Shown in pieces: positions 36,040-37,029 of a DNA stretch of 37,029 nt; positions within the stretch are counted from its first letter, which is position 1, and each line of letters starts with the position of its first letter. Location: the IMG/VR virus record IMGVR_UViG_3300009481_000037, positions 1 to 37,029 of that record. One strand, given 5' to 3'. Made by a program: the position numbers and the translations under genes. The notes under the pieces are model-generated. The model was given only the letters and a program-made list of their open reading frames with translations, was not told the DNA's origin and did no database searches. The DNA comes from a virus (lineage: Duplodnaviria > Caudoviricetes).

Positions 36040-37029
36040 CGAGCAGCCCTTTCTTTCACGCGAATCACATAATTAAGTATCGGAACTATTTCTTTGCCAT
36101 ATCTACTAACCAGCGTATCTACATCTTTTGCTTTTAGTGTTGTCAAATCATTTCTCATTAACGAATCAATAATCCCATCCCTTGTCATGGTAGTCCCGTC
36201 CGGAGTTCTAATTTTCCCGGTAGTAAGCGCCCTTCTGCGTTTTTCAATCTTTTCCTTCTTCTTTAATGCTTCTAATGCCCCAGCGCGATCTTTGTATCTC
36301 CAGGTAAGACCCTTTTCTATAATATATGCTTGCAGAGACTTGAGATCTTCCCCTTCTGTGTTGTCAATTTCCCTTATCAAAACTTCTTCGCCATTCGGCG
36401 TTAAAACATAGGCTGTTTCAGATTCTTCTTCATTGAGCAAAATAGCCGACACTTCATTGTCCGGGGAAAAGGTATTCTCCCTCATAACCTTATCACCCAT
36501 ACTAAATTTTATTAAACTTTCCCTTTGCCTGTATGTTGGCTCGCTTGGCAACCCGGCTGCTATGTTGCTTGTGCGAATACTGTCAAATGCCTCCATAATT
36601 TTTGTCTTGAACCTAAATCCTCGCTGTTCCTTATCTTCGCCACCCCCCTCTGCGGCCTTAAACTCCGCATCATAAAATTCAATAGAACTTTTAACATGAG
36701 ACTCAATCGGCTGAACTTGCTTGCCAGGCTTTGGCAGAGTTGGGGCAAAGTTTTTCTTCATTAACCTTTGAACCTTTGACGGCTTGTAAACCATTTTCAC
36801 TATTTCCGTATATTCATCAATACTTGCCTTTCTAGGGTCTCCCTTCTTTCGCAGTTCTTCTTCTTTTTGCAAAACCATGGAATTGACTTCATCTTGCAAT
36901 GCAAACCGGGTTCTTTCATTGCCATCATCTGAAAGTTTAAAAAACCCTTCATGCGTTCCTAGAATATCTGATTTCGCAAGAAGACTGCCTGATGTCTTGC
37001 CTAGTATTTCCGCCTGCAGATCAATAAAG
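36036..37029 (-). CDS. Internal virion protein, C-terminal part (runs off the window edge)
   Basis: The frame stays open from 36899 to the window end (checked by hand); ATGA overlap with the giant gene. Confidence 0.7.
   Translation of the reverse strand, partial: FIDLQAEILGKTSGSLLAKSDILGTHEGFFKLSDDGNERTRFALQDEVNSMVLQKEEELRKKGDPRKASIDEYTEIVKMVYKPSKVQRLMKKNFAPTLPKPGKQVQPIESHVKSSIEFYDAEFKAAEGGGEDKEQRGFRFKTKIMEAFDSIRTSNIAAGLPSEPTYRQRESLIKFSMGDKVMRENTFSPDNEVSAILLNEEESETAYVLTPNGEEVLIREIDNTEGEDLKSLQAYIIEKGLTWRYKDRAGALEALKKKEKIEKRRRALTTGKIRTPDGTTMTRDGIIDSLMRNDLTTLKAKDVDTLVSRYGKEIVPILNYVIRVKERAAR

Noticed and set aside
436-36764. Numerous plus-strand ORFs in the ORF track
   Set aside because: All are antisense shadows of well-supported minus-strand genes and have no recognisable motifs.
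1-37029. Genome-wide TGA reassignment
   Set aside because: Many genes end in TGA within ATGA overlaps (portal, terS, MTase alpha-C and others), and the long genes have no internal TGA; only one internal case was found.

Overview
About 37 kb of a tailed dsDNA phage genome with a podovirus-type, Bordetella BPP-1-like virion module. Essentially every credible gene is on the minus strand. In transcription order (high to low coordinates) it carries: a partial internal virion protein; a 3660-aa polyvalent ejection protein; three tail fibre/receptor-binding genes and small membrane proteins; a strong sigma70 promoter with a structured leader RNA and small early genes; a Mom/XF1762-like GNAT protein; ERF, SSB and a replication initiator; VRR-NUC; a dual-frame, apparently three-polypeptide C5-cytosine methyltransferase coupled to a radical SAM gene; a lysis cassette; TerS and TerL; three small paralogs; portal, scaffold, capsid and cement; and tail tube A plus a partial tail tube B. 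No integrase, repressor, DNA/RNA polymerase, tRNA, CRISPR array or DGR reverse transcriptase was seen. The best leads are (1) the tripartite overlapping-frame MTase plus radical SAM locus, (2) a leader/terminator RNA whose loop is complementary to a repeated RBS element of three early genes, (3) an in-frame TGA inside a beta-propeller tail protein, and (4) the cassette-like giant protein. All family calls come from motif recognition by eye, not from database searches.
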